64,000 bases of DNA from Chthonomonas sp. UBA2017 (GCA_002335425.1 DDCB01000036.1:11470-75469), one strand, 5' to 3'. Positions 1 to 10,700 are shown, counted from the first letter of the stretch. Translations and numbers: made by a program. The notes: generated by a model not told the origin, from the sequence alone.

Positions 1-492
1 GGCAGCGTCGTCGTCACCTCGATCGATTATCTGCTGAACCAGGCTCGGGCGAATTCGCTCTGGCCGCTCACGTTTGGCCTCGCTTGTTGCGCCATCGAGA
101 TGATGAGCACGGTCGCCGCTCGTTTCGATGTTTCTCGCTTCGGGTCGGAGGCGTTTCGGGCGACGCCCCGCCAAGCCGACGTCATGATCATCGCCGGTCG
201 GCTCAGTAAGAAGATGGCTCCGGTCCTCAGGCAGATTTACGATCAAATGCCCGAGCCAAAGTGGGTGATCAGCATGGGCGCATGTGCGAGTTCGGGTGGC
301 GTCTATAACAACTACGCGATTGTGCAAGGCGCCGACCAGGTCGTGCCGGTGGACGTCTATGTGCCGGGTTGCCCGCCCTCGCCCGACGCCCTGATCTACG
401 GCATCATGAAGCTCCAAGACAAGATCAAGAAGCGTAAGTTTAACAAGTTGATCGAATTGACCCCGCGCAAGCTGGAGGAGACCGCCGTATGA
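1..492 (+). CDS. nuoB: NADH-quinone oxidoreductase subunit B (5'-partial, ORF open from window edge)
   Basis: Frame 1 is open from nt 1 (..[17 protein letters not shown]..). NuoB cysteine motifs [20 protein letters not shown] and VPGCPP are present. TGA 490-492 overlaps the next ATG (ATGA). Confidence 0.9.
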   Translation, partial: GSVVVTSIDYLLNQARANSLWPLTFGLACCAIEMMSTVAARFDVSRFGSEAFRATPRQADVMIIAGRLSKKMAPVLRQIYDQMPEPKWVISMGACASSGGVYNNYAIVQGADQVVPVDVYVPGCPPSPDALIYGIMKLQDKIKKRKFNKLIELTPRKLEETAV

Positions 493-980
493 GCGTCGAG
501 CTCTTTCGCGATGTCGCGAAGCCGATCATTGCCGGATTTGGGATCACCCGGCGTCGGCTTGCAAACAAGAAAGTCACCGTCATGTATCCCGAGCAGATGC
601 GGGAGCAGTACCCGAGGACTCGCTGGCGCCACTTCTTGGTCCGATACGATTCAGGGCTCGAAAAGTGCATCGGGTGTTCGCTCTGCGCGGGTGCATGCCC
701 GGCTCGTTGCATCTATGTTGAGGCCGCGCCCAACACCGATCAGGAGCGGTATAGCCCGGGCGAACGATATGCCCATCGCTATGAGATCAACATGATCCGA
801 TGCATCTTCTGTGGCTATTGCCAGGACGCCTGCCCGACCGGTGCGATCGTTCTTCGAAAGAACTTCGAATTGGCCGATTACAAGCGCGAAGACTTCTTGT
901 ACACCAAGGAGATGCTCCTGGAGAAATATCCGGGCGAATCGGACGAGCCCTACACGAGCGTCTACGCCAAAAAGGACTAA
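489..980 (+). CDS. nuoI: NADH-quinone oxidoreductase subunit I (2x[4Fe-4S] ferredoxin-type)
   Basis: 163 aa with two CxxCxxCxxxCP motifs ([24 protein letters not shown]). The N-terminal segment is NuoI-like. Coupled to nuoB by ATGA. Confidence 0.9.
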   Translation: MSVELFRDVAKPIIAGFGITRRRLANKKVTVMYPEQMREQYPRTRWRHFLVRYDSGLEKCIGCSLCAGACPARCIYVEAAPNTDQERYSPGERYAHRYEINMIRCIFCGYCQDACPTGAIVLRKNFELADYKREDFLYTKEMLLEKYPGESDEPYTSVYAKKD

Positions 981-1000
981 GGGTTCGCCATACTGAGGGC

Positions 1001-2626
1001 ATGTTGCGCTGGCCACTCCTCACCGCTTCGGCCCTCATTCTTGCCTCGAGCTCCATCGCCTCGGCTCAGCCCTATCGCTTGGGCTGGAGGGAGTTCACCC
1101 CGACCGACCGCGTCGCTGACAACATCGCTTCGGCCCAGGTGGATGGCGTCGGAAACTTCTCGGTCGCCGGAGTCAGCCCGGGCGCCGGGAATCAGCCTGA
1201 CGTCCTGATTCGCAAGCTCGATCCGATGGGCAAGGAGCTTTGGCGCACGACGTTCGACGCCGGACAAGGCACCCAAACCGACTTCGTTCGCAATCTTCTT
1301 GTGACACCCCAAGGAAACGCTGTGCTGACGCTCGACTACCCGTTCAAAGGCTACGGAAAATTTGTCGCCGCCCAGGTGAATGGACAAACCGGCAAGCTGG
1401 AGTGGAGTCGTTTCTATGACACCGGAAACGGCCGGGCTCAGGCTTGGGCGAGCGCGATCGATGCCTCTGGGAATCTCATCCAAGCTGGGGGCTTTGGCAG
1501 CAACGCACGAGCCGAGATCGCGGTGGTCCAATGGACCCCCGCCGGCGAACCAAAGTGGATCCAACGCTGGGTCAATCAGCCTCAAGGTGATCGAGAAGCT
1601 CTCGCCCTTGCGATCGGTCGATCTGGCGACATCACTCTGGCGGGTTACGCGACGGTGACCGGCGCCGGGCGAGACTCGTTCGTGGCCCGATATTCGAGCG
1701 CCGGCGCATTGATTTGGGCCCAAACTTTTCCGGGTGCACCCGGGTTTGGTAATGACCGCGTCACCGCCATCACCGTCGACGCGAACGGAGATGCCGTCGT
1801 CGCCGGAGATGAATATATTGAAGGATCGACCACAACCTTATACATTGCGAAGCTGGCCTCGAGTTCGGGCCAGATCGTGTGGAAGACCCCGATCCGCGAG
1901 GTTCGAAATAGCCAAGGGGAAGCGGTCGGGATTCATCGAGTCGCCGATGGCTATCTTGTCGGAGGCTCGCTCAGCGAGTTGACGCCTCAGGGACGAGACT
2001 TCGCCGTCCTCAAGATCGGGCTGGATGGCAAAGTTCTTTGGAAAACCTTGATTCATTCGGGCGGCAACAACGCCGACCAAGCGACCGCCATGACGGTGGA
2101 TTCCCAAGGGTTTGCCTATCTCGCGGGCTCGGCCGAACTGAATCGCAAAGAGAAAAAGTACTTTGTCGCCGCCGTCAATCCCACGGGGCAAGTTGCCTGG
2201 ACCCACCTTGAGGCCGAGGGCAACGCGTTCGGAGAGCCCAGCCAGCTCACGCTGCATGAAGGGACGGGACATCTTATGATCGCGGGAAATCGGCCTCAAG
2301 GGGTTCTGACAGACCCGCACTTGCTCTGCCTTTATCTCGCGCCGCGAGCGGTGGCTCGATCCTTCACCGTGGTCCAAGGCGAGACTCTTCAAGTCGAAAC
2401 GAACCAAGGACTTCGGTCCCAGAGCCTTTTCGCCCAGTTTGCCTCGGTCGTGGTCTCCAAGGTTTCGGGCGAAGGTGAATTGAGCCTGCAGACGGATGGC
2501 TCGTTCTCGTTCAAGGCCCCGGCGAACTTTGAGGGTCAGTCGGAGTTCCGGTATGTCCTCTCCCGCGAGGGCCTCACGTCCAGCACGGGAAGTCTCCGGT
2601 TCACGGTCACCAAAAAGCCCGGGTAG
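1001..2626 (+). CDS. secreted beta-propeller-repeat protein (function unknown)
   Basis: The track ORF starts at 800 inside nuoI. ATG 1001 gives a signal peptide, MLRWPLLTASALILASSSIASA. Blade-like motifs recur: VDGVGNFSVAG, IDASGNLIQAG, IGRSGDITLAG, VDANGDAVVAG, VDSQGFAYLAG. Confidence 0.6.
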   Translation: MLRWPLLTASALILASSSIASAQPYRLGWREFTPTDRVADNIASAQVDGVGNFSVAGVSPGAGNQPDVLIRKLDPMGKELWRTTFDAGQGTQTDFVRNLLVTPQGNAVLTLDYPFKGYGKFVAAQVNGQTGKLEWSRFYDTGNGRAQAWASAIDASGNLIQAGGFGSNARAEIAVVQWTPAGEPKWIQRWVNQPQGDREALALAIGRSGDITLAGYATVTGAGRDSFVARYSSAGALIWAQTFPGAPGFGNDRVTAITVDANGDAVVAGDEYIEGSTTTLYIAKLASSSGQIVWKTPIREVRNSQGEAVGIHRVADGYLVGGSLSELTPQGRDFAVLKIGLDGKVLWKTLIHSGGNNADQATAMTVDSQGFAYLAGSAELNRKEKKYFVAAVNPTGQVAWTHLEAEGNAFGEPSQLTLHEGTGHLMIAGNRPQGVLTDPHLLCLYLAPRAVARSFTVVQGETLQVETNQGLRSQSLFAQFASVVVSKVSGEGELSLQTDGSFSFKAPANFEGQSEFRYVLSREGLTSSTGSLRFTVTKKPG

Positions 2627-2679
2627 GTCGAAAGTCGCTGGTAGGAGGAGGCCTGCTTCTGGTATAACAGGGCGAGATT

Positions 2680-2756
2680 GGCGGAGTAGCTCAGTTGGTT
2701 AGAGCGAGCGGTTCATACCCGCTAGGTCACCAGTTCAAGTCTGGTCTCCGCTACCA
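2680..2756 (+). tRNA. tRNA with CAT anticodon (elongator Met, or Ile2 if lysidine-modified), encoded CCA
   Basis: Cloverleaf read by eye. Acceptor ggcggag/ctccgct (G1-U72 wobble), D arm gctc-agttggtta-gagc. Anticodon arm agcgg-ttCATac-ccgct, T arm accag-ttcaagt-ctggt, then A-CCA. Confidence 0.85.
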
Positions 2757-3842
2757 GCTCCCCCGATTTTCGATCCCATTTTCCCAAAAGTCGCGAGCGA
2801 CGCGCGCCTGTTGCTCTCCGTCGAGCAAGAACGTGTCGTGACCCATCGGGAGGTCGAACGTCAAGTGGCGACTTCGACACCCGGCGGCCAAGGCGAGTTC
2901 GTGCACCGCCTGACTTTGTCGAGGCTCATACAGCGTGTCGCTCGAAAAGCTCGTGAGCAGATATTCGCTTGTCGATCCCGCGAGGCTCGTGCGCTCATAA
3001 AGGTCGATCGCCTTGCTCAGGACGACCAGACTCCCCGCATCAAACCGGCTGACAAACTTCTCTCCCTGATAGTTCAGGTAGCTCTCGACTTCAAACTGGT
3101 CTGCAGGCCCGCCGGCTTGCCGCCTTCGGCCGAACTTGCGATCGAAGCTCACCGCGCTCAAATAGCTCAAGTGGCCCACCATCCGAGCGACGGCTAAGCC
3201 ATCAGCCGGGGGGTTGCTGGGGTCGAAATCGCCGCCACACCACTTTGGATCGCGCAAAATCGCTTGGCGGGCGGTTTCGTTGAACCCAATCTGCATTGGG
3301 CTGTGGGCGGCGCAACTCGCGGTCATCCAGCACCTCCGAACCGCCCCGGGGCGCCGCAAGGTCCATTCCAGCGCTTGCATCCCCCCCATGCTTCCGCCCG
3401 CGACGCCGAGAAGCGTCTGAATCCCGAGGCCGGTGACGAGTTGCATCTGGACTTCGACCATGTCGCCCACCGTGACTTGAGGGAATCGCGAGCCCCAGCG
3501 GCGGCCATTGGGAGCCAAGGTGCCGGGCCCGGTGGTCCCTTGGCAACCGCCTAGCGCGTTCGTCCCGATCACAAAAAACCGGTCGGTGTCGATCGCCAAG
3601 CCTGGCCCCACAATTCGGTCCCACCAACCGACGGCGTGGGAATCCCCGCTCAGGGCGTGGCAAACCAAGATCGCATTGTCTGCTGCCGGGTTCAGCTTTC
3701 CCCAAGTCTCATACGCAACCACGACCTGCGGGATCGTCTCTCCGCTCTCGGTCACGAACGATCCGATCTCGAAGAACTTTTTGCCGTCCTGGGTCGGCGC
3801 GGTCCTTTCGTTTTCTTGAAAGAAAGAGGGATCGACCTCCAC
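2751..3842 (-). CDS. metX: homoserine O-acetyltransferase
   Basis: 363 aa alpha/beta hydrolase with nucleophile elbow GGSMGGMQALEW. The N-terminal region is MetX-like (VCHALSGDSHAVGWW). The stop overlaps the tRNA 3' end on the opposite strand. Confidence 0.85.
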   Translation of the reverse strand: MEVDPSFFQENERTAPTQDGKKFFEIGSFVTESGETIPQVVVAYETWGKLNPAADNAILVCHALSGDSHAVGWWDRIVGPGLAIDTDRFFVIGTNALGGCQGTTGPGTLAPNGRRWGSRFPQVTVGDMVEVQMQLVTGLGIQTLLGVAGGSMGGMQALEWTLRRPGAVRRCWMTASCAAHSPMQIGFNETARQAILRDPKWCGGDFDPSNPPADGLAVARMVGHLSYLSAVSFDRKFGRRRQAGGPADQFEVESYLNYQGEKFVSRFDAGSLVVLSKAIDLYERTSLAGSTSEYLLTSFSSDTLYEPRQSQAVHELALAAGCRSRHLTFDLPMGHDTFLLDGEQQARVARDFWENGIENRGSW

Positions 3843-3848
3843 CCTGGC

Positions 3849-5123
3849 TTAGTCCTTGCGGAACCCGGGGCGATTGGGTTGACCACGCACGCCGCCCTGT
3901 TGCGGATTTTGCGCGGGCGGTGCGCCGCCGGTCCCAGGAGGCGGAGCCATCGGAGGGGCTTGCCCCGACATCTGGGGCGGAGGCCCCGGCGGGATCGGGC
4001 CCGGTGCACCCGCTTGTGCAGGCTGAGCCGCTTGCCCGGCGCCTGTGAGTTGGACCAATCGTGCGAATTCGCCGGGATCCTTGGCCTTCATCCGGGCATC
4101 TTCAAAATTGACCAGACCGTTCCCGACTAAGTTGCACAAAGCCTGGTCCAGCGTGATCATCTTCTGCTTCATTCCGGTCTGAATGATCGACCCGATCTGG
4201 TAGCTCTTGTTCTCGCGGATCAGGTTTCGAACGGCGGGAGTCGCGTTGAGAATTTCGTAGGCGGCAATCCGACCTCGGTTGTCTTTTCTCTTCACGAGCG
4301 TTTGCGAGACCACGCCCACCAGGTTGACCGAGAGCTGCATCCGAACTTGCTGCTGCTGGTGGATCGGGAACACGTCGATGATCCGGTCCACCGTCTGGAC
4401 TGCGTCGACGGTGTGCAACGTTGCAAAGACCAAGTGGCCGGTTTCCGCGGCAGTAATCGCAAGGTGAATCGTCTCGAGGTCGCGCATTTCACCGATCAAG
4501 ATGACGTCGGGGTCTTGCCGTAAAACGTGCTTCAGGGCATTCGCGAACGTCAGCGTGTCTTGTTCGAGCTCCCGCTGATTGATCAGAGCCTTATGGTCGT
4601 CGTGAACAAACTCAACGGGGTCTTCGACGGTGATGATGTGATTCGTTGTGGACTTGTTGATCCGGTCGATCATCGCCGCGAGCGTCGTCGATTTTCCCGA
4701 GCCCGCAGGCCCCGTCACCAACACCAAGCCCCGAGGTCGCTCGATAAAATCAAAGCAAGCGGGCGGGAGCTGGAGATCTTCCATCGACGAGATATGGTAA
4801 GGAATCACGCGAAAAGCTGCCTGAACGTGGAGCCGTTGAATGTACAAGTTTCCGCGAAATCTTGAGACTCCTTTCACCTCGTGAGCAAAGTCGAGCTCCC
4901 ATTCTTGATCAAATCTCAAGAGTTGTTCTGGTCGAAGCATCTCATTCAGCTCTTCGCGAAACTCGTCGGACGAGAACTGGGGGACGTCATCGAAGTGGAC
5001 CAGGTCGCCCATGATCCGGCAATACACCTGTCCGGTGTCCGTCTTAAAGTGCAAGTCCGAGCCGCCGACCTCCACACATCGCCGCAAAAGTCCCTCAATG
5101 CGCTCCATAAGTTGCCTCCACAA
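3849..5123 (-). CDS. PilT/PilU-type type IV pilus retraction ATPase paralogue with P/G/Q-rich C-terminal tail
   Basis: Walker A GPAGSGKST, ILIGEMRD, ATLHT and TPAVRNLIRENK are present. The last ~65 aa are low-complexity (PGPIPPGPPPQMSGQAPPMAPPPGTGGAPP..). An alternative start is ATG 5108. Confidence 0.85.
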   Translation of the reverse strand: MWRQLMERIEGLLRRCVEVGGSDLHFKTDTGQVYCRIMGDLVHFDDVPQFSSDEFREELNEMLRPEQLLRFDQEWELDFAHEVKGVSRFRGNLYIQRLHVQAAFRVIPYHISSMEDLQLPPACFDFIERPRGLVLVTGPAGSGKSTTLAAMIDRINKSTTNHIITVEDPVEFVHDDHKALINQRELEQDTLTFANALKHVLRQDPDVILIGEMRDLETIHLAITAAETGHLVFATLHTVDAVQTVDRIIDVFPIHQQQQVRMQLSVNLVGVVSQTLVKRKDNRGRIAAYEILNATPAVRNLIRENKSYQIGSIIQTGMKQKMITLDQALCNLVGNGLVNFEDARMKAKDPGEFARLVQLTGAGQAAQPAQAGAPGPIPPGPPPQMSGQAPPMAPPPGTGGAPPAQNPQQGGVRGQPNRPGFRKD

Positions 5124-6189
5124 GTCCGCCGGTTTGGGCGCGTCGCAAAAATTCTTGGGGCTGGGAACACCGCCCGTAAGCCGTTTCGAAATCGACCCGA
5201 CCTTGCCGAATCAGGTCGAGCAAGTGCCCGTCCAGAGTCTGCATGCCCATCTCGCCTCCAGTCTGGATATCCAGATAGAGCTGGTGAGTTTTGCCATCCC
5301 GGATGAGGGTCCGAATCGCCGGGGTGGCGATCATCACTTCGAACCCTGCGCATCGCCCTTTTCCGTCCTTGGTCGGCATCAAGGTCTGAGAGATGACCGC
5401 CTGGAGCGTGACGCTCAGCTGAGTTCGGATCTGAGACTGTTGCATCGGCGGGAAGACGTCCACAATTCGGTCGATCGTCTGGGCGGCGTCGACGGTGTGG
5501 AGCGTCGAGAAGACCAAGTGGCCCGTTTCAGCGGCCGTAATCGCCAGCTGGATGGTCTCCAGGTCGCGCATTTCGCCGACCAGAATCACGTCCGGATTCT
5601 GGCGCATGACGTGTTTCAGCGCGTCGGCAAATGTATGGGTGTCGGTGCCGAGCTCTCGTTGGTTGATGACAGCTTTCTTGTCTTGGTGGACGTATTCGAT
5701 GGGGTCTTCAACCGTCATGATGTGCAATCGGCGATTTTCGTTGATGTGGTTGATCATCGCCGCCAGGGAAGTCGACTTACCCGAGCCGGTCGGCCCGGTT
5801 ACAAGGACGATCCCTCGGGGGATCATCGCGATCTTCTTCACCACCTCGGGCATCGAGAGCTCGTCGGTCGTCCGAATCTTGTAAGGAATAACGCGAAAAA
5901 CTGCACCGATCTTGCCACGCTGCCAATACATGTTCACCCGGAACCGGGCTAACCCTCGCACCCAATAGCTCAGATCGAGCTCTTTGAAACTGTAAAGCCG
6001 CTCTCGCCGCTCGGGGGTGAGGATGCTGAGCAAGAACTCGCTCAATGCGAGCTCATTCATCGCGGGCCACTCGGTTCGGACCAGCTCCCCTCGAATCCGC
6101 ATGATCGGCGGATTGTTCGCCTTCAGGTGCAGATCGCTGGCATCGCGGGCCACGAGATCGCGCAACAGATCGTCAACTTGGTATTCCAT
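5095..6189 (-). CDS. pilT: type IV pilus twitching-motility ATPase PilT
   Basis: 364 aa with Walker A GPTGSGKST, ILVGEMRD, STLHT and TPAIRTLIRDGK. Confidence 0.9.
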   Translation of the reverse strand: MEYQVDDLLRDLVARDASDLHLKANNPPIMRIRGELVRTEWPAMNELALSEFLLSILTPERRERLYSFKELDLSYWVRGLARFRVNMYWQRGKIGAVFRVIPYKIRTTDELSMPEVVKKIAMIPRGIVLVTGPTGSGKSTSLAAMINHINENRRLHIMTVEDPIEYVHQDKKAVINQRELGTDTHTFADALKHVMRQNPDVILVGEMRDLETIQLAITAAETGHLVFSTLHTVDAAQTIDRIVDVFPPMQQSQIRTQLSVTLQAVISQTLMPTKDGKGRCAGFEVMIATPAIRTLIRDGKTHQLYLDIQTGGEMGMQTLDGHLLDLIRQGRVDFETAYGRCSQPQEFLRRAQTGGLVEATYGAH

Positions 6190-6583
6190 AACTTCTGTTT
6201 GGGTCGTCGAGCTTCGCCGGAGCGAACGTCAACCACCGGGCTGATTGAGGTTGCAATTCGCCAAGCAACCCCAGCTTCCCTGCAAGCATAGCACGACTGG
6301 CCCCATTCACCAGAGAGTCAAGAATCCGAAGTAAGTCCTAGGGCGCACGGTCCGGGTTAGGTATTCTCGCCATTCCTCTTCCAGCTGATTGTGGACAGCG
6401 GCATTGGCCAAACACCCACCTCGTACGTTCAGCGACACAAAGAGGACTTTTCAACAGATGGTTGACCCTGGGTTGGGCTCGAGCCGCCGCAAGGCAATGA
6501 GGATCGAGGCCCTGTGGGCCGAACGGCCCCCGCCTCTTTCTCCTGTTTGGGCCCTTCCCTTCGACTCCAACACCGAAAACGAA

Positions 6584-7324
6584 ATGTTCCACTCCAAAAT
6601 CATCTATGAATATCAAGTCGGGCTCCTGTTTCGCAACGGGGTCTTCCAGAAGGTCCTTCCCGCCGGAAAGGTCCGATGGTTTGGCAAGAACACGACGGTC
6701 CAAGTCTTTGACGTTCGGCCCGAGCACAACTTCGTGTTCGCTCATGATGTGATGACAAAAGACGGAGCGACGGTCCGTGCGGGTCTTCTGGTCGAGCAAG
6801 CGATTGTCGATGCCAAGGCCTTCCTCTTCTCTCAATCTGAAATCGGAGATCGAGGGCGGCTGAATCCATCTTCGGTGGTTCTCACATCAACCGCTGGCCA
6901 GCAGCCTGAGCACGCCGTGAGAATGGCTCTTCGAGATTGGATCGTCGTCCGCACGTTGAACGAAGCGGTGGAGCAACGCGAAGAAATCTGCGACACGGTG
7001 AAGTCCCAAGTCGGAGCGTTCGCCCAGTCCATCGGCGTCGAAGTACGGGCGATCAGACTGCATGACTTTACGGTCATCGGCAACCTTCGCGCGGCTTACA
7101 GCGACTTGCTGAAGGCCGAGTTAGAGGGTCGAGCGGCCATGCAGCGAGCGCGCAATGAAGCTGCAACGATGCGCAGTCTTTTGAACACGGCGCGGCTTGT
7201 GCGAGAGAATCCGGGACTTTTGGAGCTACGGGCTCTCGGGAGCGGTCAGAGGCCTCGGCTGAACTTTGTCATCGACTCCTCGGGCCGGGCACAACCAGAG
7301 GTCCCTGCCTCTGATGAGGAATAG
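6584..7324 (+). CDS. SPFH/band-7 (slipin-like) domain protein
   Basis: The ORF is open from 6389. ATG 6584 (MFHSKIIYEYQVGLLFRNGVFQKVLPAGK..) matches the usual start of SPFH domains. The C-terminal half is coiled-coil rich. The start is uncertain. Confidence 0.6.
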   Translation: MFHSKIIYEYQVGLLFRNGVFQKVLPAGKVRWFGKNTTVQVFDVRPEHNFVFAHDVMTKDGATVRAGLLVEQAIVDAKAFLFSQSEIGDRGRLNPSSVVLTSTAGQQPEHAVRMALRDWIVVRTLNEAVEQREEICDTVKSQVGAFAQSIGVEVRAIRLHDFTVIGNLRAAYSDLLKAELEGRAAMQRARNEAATMRSLLNTARLVRENPGLLELRALGSGQRPRLNFVIDSSGRAQPEVPASDEE

Positions 7325-7690
7325 CGAGGTTCGCGGGTTCGAAAAATCACGTCGAACCTCTCTTCCTTCGGGGTCTGAGACATCGGTCTGAGCTCATCCG
7401 GACGCTCGGTGGGTTCGGATTTAGCCGACCGGGACTTCAAGAACGAGAGCGAACTGCGGGACGCTGTGAGCGGCGTAGCCGCAAATAACCACCCCGGGGA
7501 AGCTCCGCATCGAAGGGTCCAGGCCTCACGGCCTTCGATGTGTGATGTCGGCCCTTCTTAGGCCTTCGGGGCGATCAGAATCTCGTTCAGTTCGGTCTTG
7601 ACACTCTGGATGTCACCGAACCCCCGAACCCCCGAACAATGTCGCGACTCAGAGATTTCAGGGCTCGTCGCTTCGGAGGACCGGCCTGGA

Positions 7691-7721
7691 CCCTGTCTCC
7701 CCTCGAACCAGGGAGACAGGG
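7691..7721 (-). terminator. hairpin ~40 nt downstream of the nrdJ stop (terminator-like, no clear U-tract)
   Basis: Perfect 11-bp stem ccctgtctccc/gggagacaggg with a 9-nt loop. Confidence 0.4.
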
Positions 7722-7759
7722 GTTGAAGAATCACCGACTCGATCGATGCAACGAAGGAA

Positions 7760-10700
7760 CTAGCTGCAGCCGCTGGTGGCGCCGCAGGTGTTGCACTTCA
7801 GGCAGACGCCGTTGCGCACCAGCGTAAAGCTTCCGCACTCCTTACAGGCCTCGCCTTCGTAGCCCTTGACACGAGCTTCGTGAAGCTGGGCTTCGAGCTT
7901 GGCCGAGCCAGGCACCATCGTTGGGGCCACCGCGCTCGGAGGCGCAATCGCCACGAGGTCGACGGGAGCGGACGGAGTGGGGCTGGCGAGCCAAGCCGTC
8001 GGGGCTGCCTCGGCGGGGCCGGTCGGCTTACGATAGCCTCGGGCCTCGTCGTGATGGCGGCTCGTGCCCGGCACATGGCCATCGACCACGGCTCCTTCCT
8101 CTTCGGCTTCGAAGTCCGGACGCTGAGCCGGACTCCCCATGGCGTCCCCGCGCAAGTCTTCGGGTTTGACTTGCACCAAGTCGGTCCGGTCGAGGTACGA
8201 AAGAGCGAGTTCGCGGAAGATATAGTCGATCACAGAAGTGGACATCTTGATGTTTTCGTGACCGGTGACGCTTCCGTTGGGTTCGAAACGAGTGAAGACA
8301 AACGCTTCGACAAACTCCTCCAGGGGAACCCCATATTGCAGACCCAAAGAGACCGCAATCGCAAAGCAGTTCATCAACGAACGGAATGCCGCTCCCTCGC
8401 GGTGCATGTCCACAAAGATTTCACCAAGACTGCCGTCTTCGTATTCCCCGGTTCGGATGTAAACCTTGTGACCGCCCACGCGGGCCTTTTGCGTATAACC
8501 TCGTCGTCGAGCCGGCATCTGGCGTCGCTTGGCGATGTATCGATACACCAGCTGCTTTGCTGCGGCGATCTGAGGTGATTCGGCGGTCGCACCTTCGAGC
8601 GAAGCTTCGAGGATGGCGGCAGCGGCATCATCGACGGCCGAATTCAGCGGCTGACTGAGCTTGCTACCGTCGCGATAGAGGGCGTTGGCTTTGAGGGCCA
8701 ATTGCCACGAGAGAAGATAGGCCTTTTCGATATCTTCCAGGCTCGCTTCGCTGGGAAGATTGATTGTTTTGCTGATCGCACCACTCAGGAAAGGTTGAGC
8801 TGCCGCCATCATTCGGATGTGGCCCTCGTATTGAATAAACCTCTTCCCCTCTGAGCCGCACTTATTCGCGCAATCAAAAACTGGATAGTGTTCGAGTTTC
8901 AGATGGGGTGCACCCTCGATCGTCAGGGTGCCACAAACGTAGGCGTTTGCTTGTCGAATTTCGTCTTTCGAAAAGCCCAATGCTTCGAGCATATTGAACG
9001 ACCAGTCGTTGATCTGATCATCGGTCAGTCCGAGATAGTCACGGCAGAAGTCATCCCCCAAGGTGTAGCGATTAAAGACGAATGGAAGTTCAAAGGCACT
9101 TTCTAAACTTCGTTCGACTTTATCGAGTGCTTCTTGAGTGAAACCTTTGGCCTTGAGACTTTCTGGATGGATCGCGGGGGAACCGATCAAGGACTTGCGC
9201 CCGACGGCATAAGCGACAATGTCCTCAATCTGTTCGGTCTGGTAGCCCAGCCTCTCCAGCGCAATCGGCAAGGATTGGTTGATAATCTTAAAGTATCCGC
9301 CGCCGGCGAGCTTCTTGAATTTGACCAACGCAAAGTCGGGCTCGATGCCGGTGGTGTCGCAGTCCATGATCAGACCGATGGTGCCGGTCGGCGCGAGCAC
9401 GGTCACTTGAGCGTTGCGATATCCGTGGGCTTCGCCCAGCGAGTGGGCTTGATCCCAAGCCTCACGCGCGGCCTTGAGCAGTTCGGTCGGACATTCGTCC
9501 GGATCGATCCCGACGGGCGTGATTTCGAGCCCTTCGTATTGGCTCGCGGGGGCGTTGTAAGCCGCCCGTCGATGGTTGCGGATGACGCGCAGCATCGACT
9601 CCTTATTTCGGGCGTAGCCGCTGAAGGGGCCCAATTCGCGGGCCATTTCGGCGCTACAGGCGTAGCTTTCGCCGCCGAGAATGGCGGTCAACGATCCGGC
9701 AATGGCAAATCCTTGCGGGCTGTCGTACGGGATCGCCATCTGCATGAGGAGCGCGCCAAGATTGGCGTAGCCAAGGCCCAGAGTGCGGAAATCGTAGCTC
9801 AGCTGAGCGATCTCCTTGCTGGGGAATTGGGCCATGAGGACGCTGATTTCGAGGACCATAGTCCAGAGGCGGATGGCATGGCGATACCCCTCGACGTCGA
9901 ATTGGCCGGTTTGCGGATCGTAAAGCGTGACGAGGTTGATCGAAGCCAAGTTGCACGCAGTATCATCGAGGAACATGTACTCGCTGCACGGGTTGCTGGC
10001 GTTGATGCGCCCGTCGGCAGGGCAAGTGTGCCACTCGTTGATCGTGGTGTCGTATTGGGTGCCGGGATCAGCGCTCGCCCAGGCGGAATAGACGATGTCT
10101 TCCCAAAGGTCTCGGGCGCGGATTCTCTTGGTCACTCGGCCGTCGGTACGAGCTTTGAGCTCCCATTCGGCATCGGCCTCGACGGCCTGCAGGTACTCGT
10201 TGCTCAGTCGAACGGAGTTGTTTGAGTTCTGACCGCTGACGGTGTTATAGGCTTCGCTTTCGTAGCCGGTGTCGTAGGTCGGAAACTCGATCGCGGTCGC
10301 GCCGTTCTCGGCGAGTTGGATCGCTCGTTGGATGTAGTTGGGCGAGATCTGAGCGGCTTTCGCCTCGGCGATCGCCCGAAAGAGGGCGGGATTCTTACGC
10401 GGATTGAATTTGTCAGCCTCGGCTTCGGGAGCTTCGAGCCCCTTGTGGCAAGCCTGGATGACCGCGTTGAGGTGTCGCTGGTTCAGTTGCGAACCGGTGA
10501 CGAGCGAGGCCACCTTTTGTTCTTCGACCACCTTCCACTTCACGAAGGCTTCGATGTCGGGGTGATCAACATCCAGGCAGACCATTTTGGCGGCGCGGCG
10601 AGTGGTGCCGCCGGACTTGATCGCCCCGGCGCTTCGGTCGCCGACTCGCAGGAAGCTCATCAGACCGCTACTCTTGCCGCCGCCGCTGAGGTTCTCATTT

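Noticed and set aside
800-1000. 5' extensions given in the ORF track: 800-1000, 6389-6583, 11893-11937, 23702-23806, 27024-27077, 32046-32108, 47003-47101, 48918-49037, 60896-61243 and 61279-61500.
   Set aside because: The extensions overlap neighbouring genes or encode Arg/Pro-rich junk. An internal Met gives the canonical family N-terminus or a signal peptide, often with ATGA coupling to the upstream gene.
3843-3848. SAM or other riboswitch upstream of metX.
   Set aside because: Only 6 nt separate metX from the upstream pilT-like stop, so there is no room for a leader.
7616-7637. Short tandem repeat of cccccgaa, about 2.6 copies.
   Set aside because: It is too short and simple to mean anything on its own. 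It is noted only as part of the long spacer at 7325-7759.
9134-10225. Long ORFs antisense to well-supported genes: 9134-10225, 12781-14358, 16236-17903, 17990-19354, 35823-36998, 46018-47040, 57806-59098 and 62031-63332.
   Set aside because: These are typical shadow ORFs of high-GC DNA. Their translations are Arg/Gly/Pro/Asp-rich with no motifs. The opposite strand carries unmistakable conserved proteins: NrdJ, S8 protease, MCP, the FadN-like enzyme, the Wzy-like protein, the thioredoxin protein, ClpX/ClpP and IF-2.
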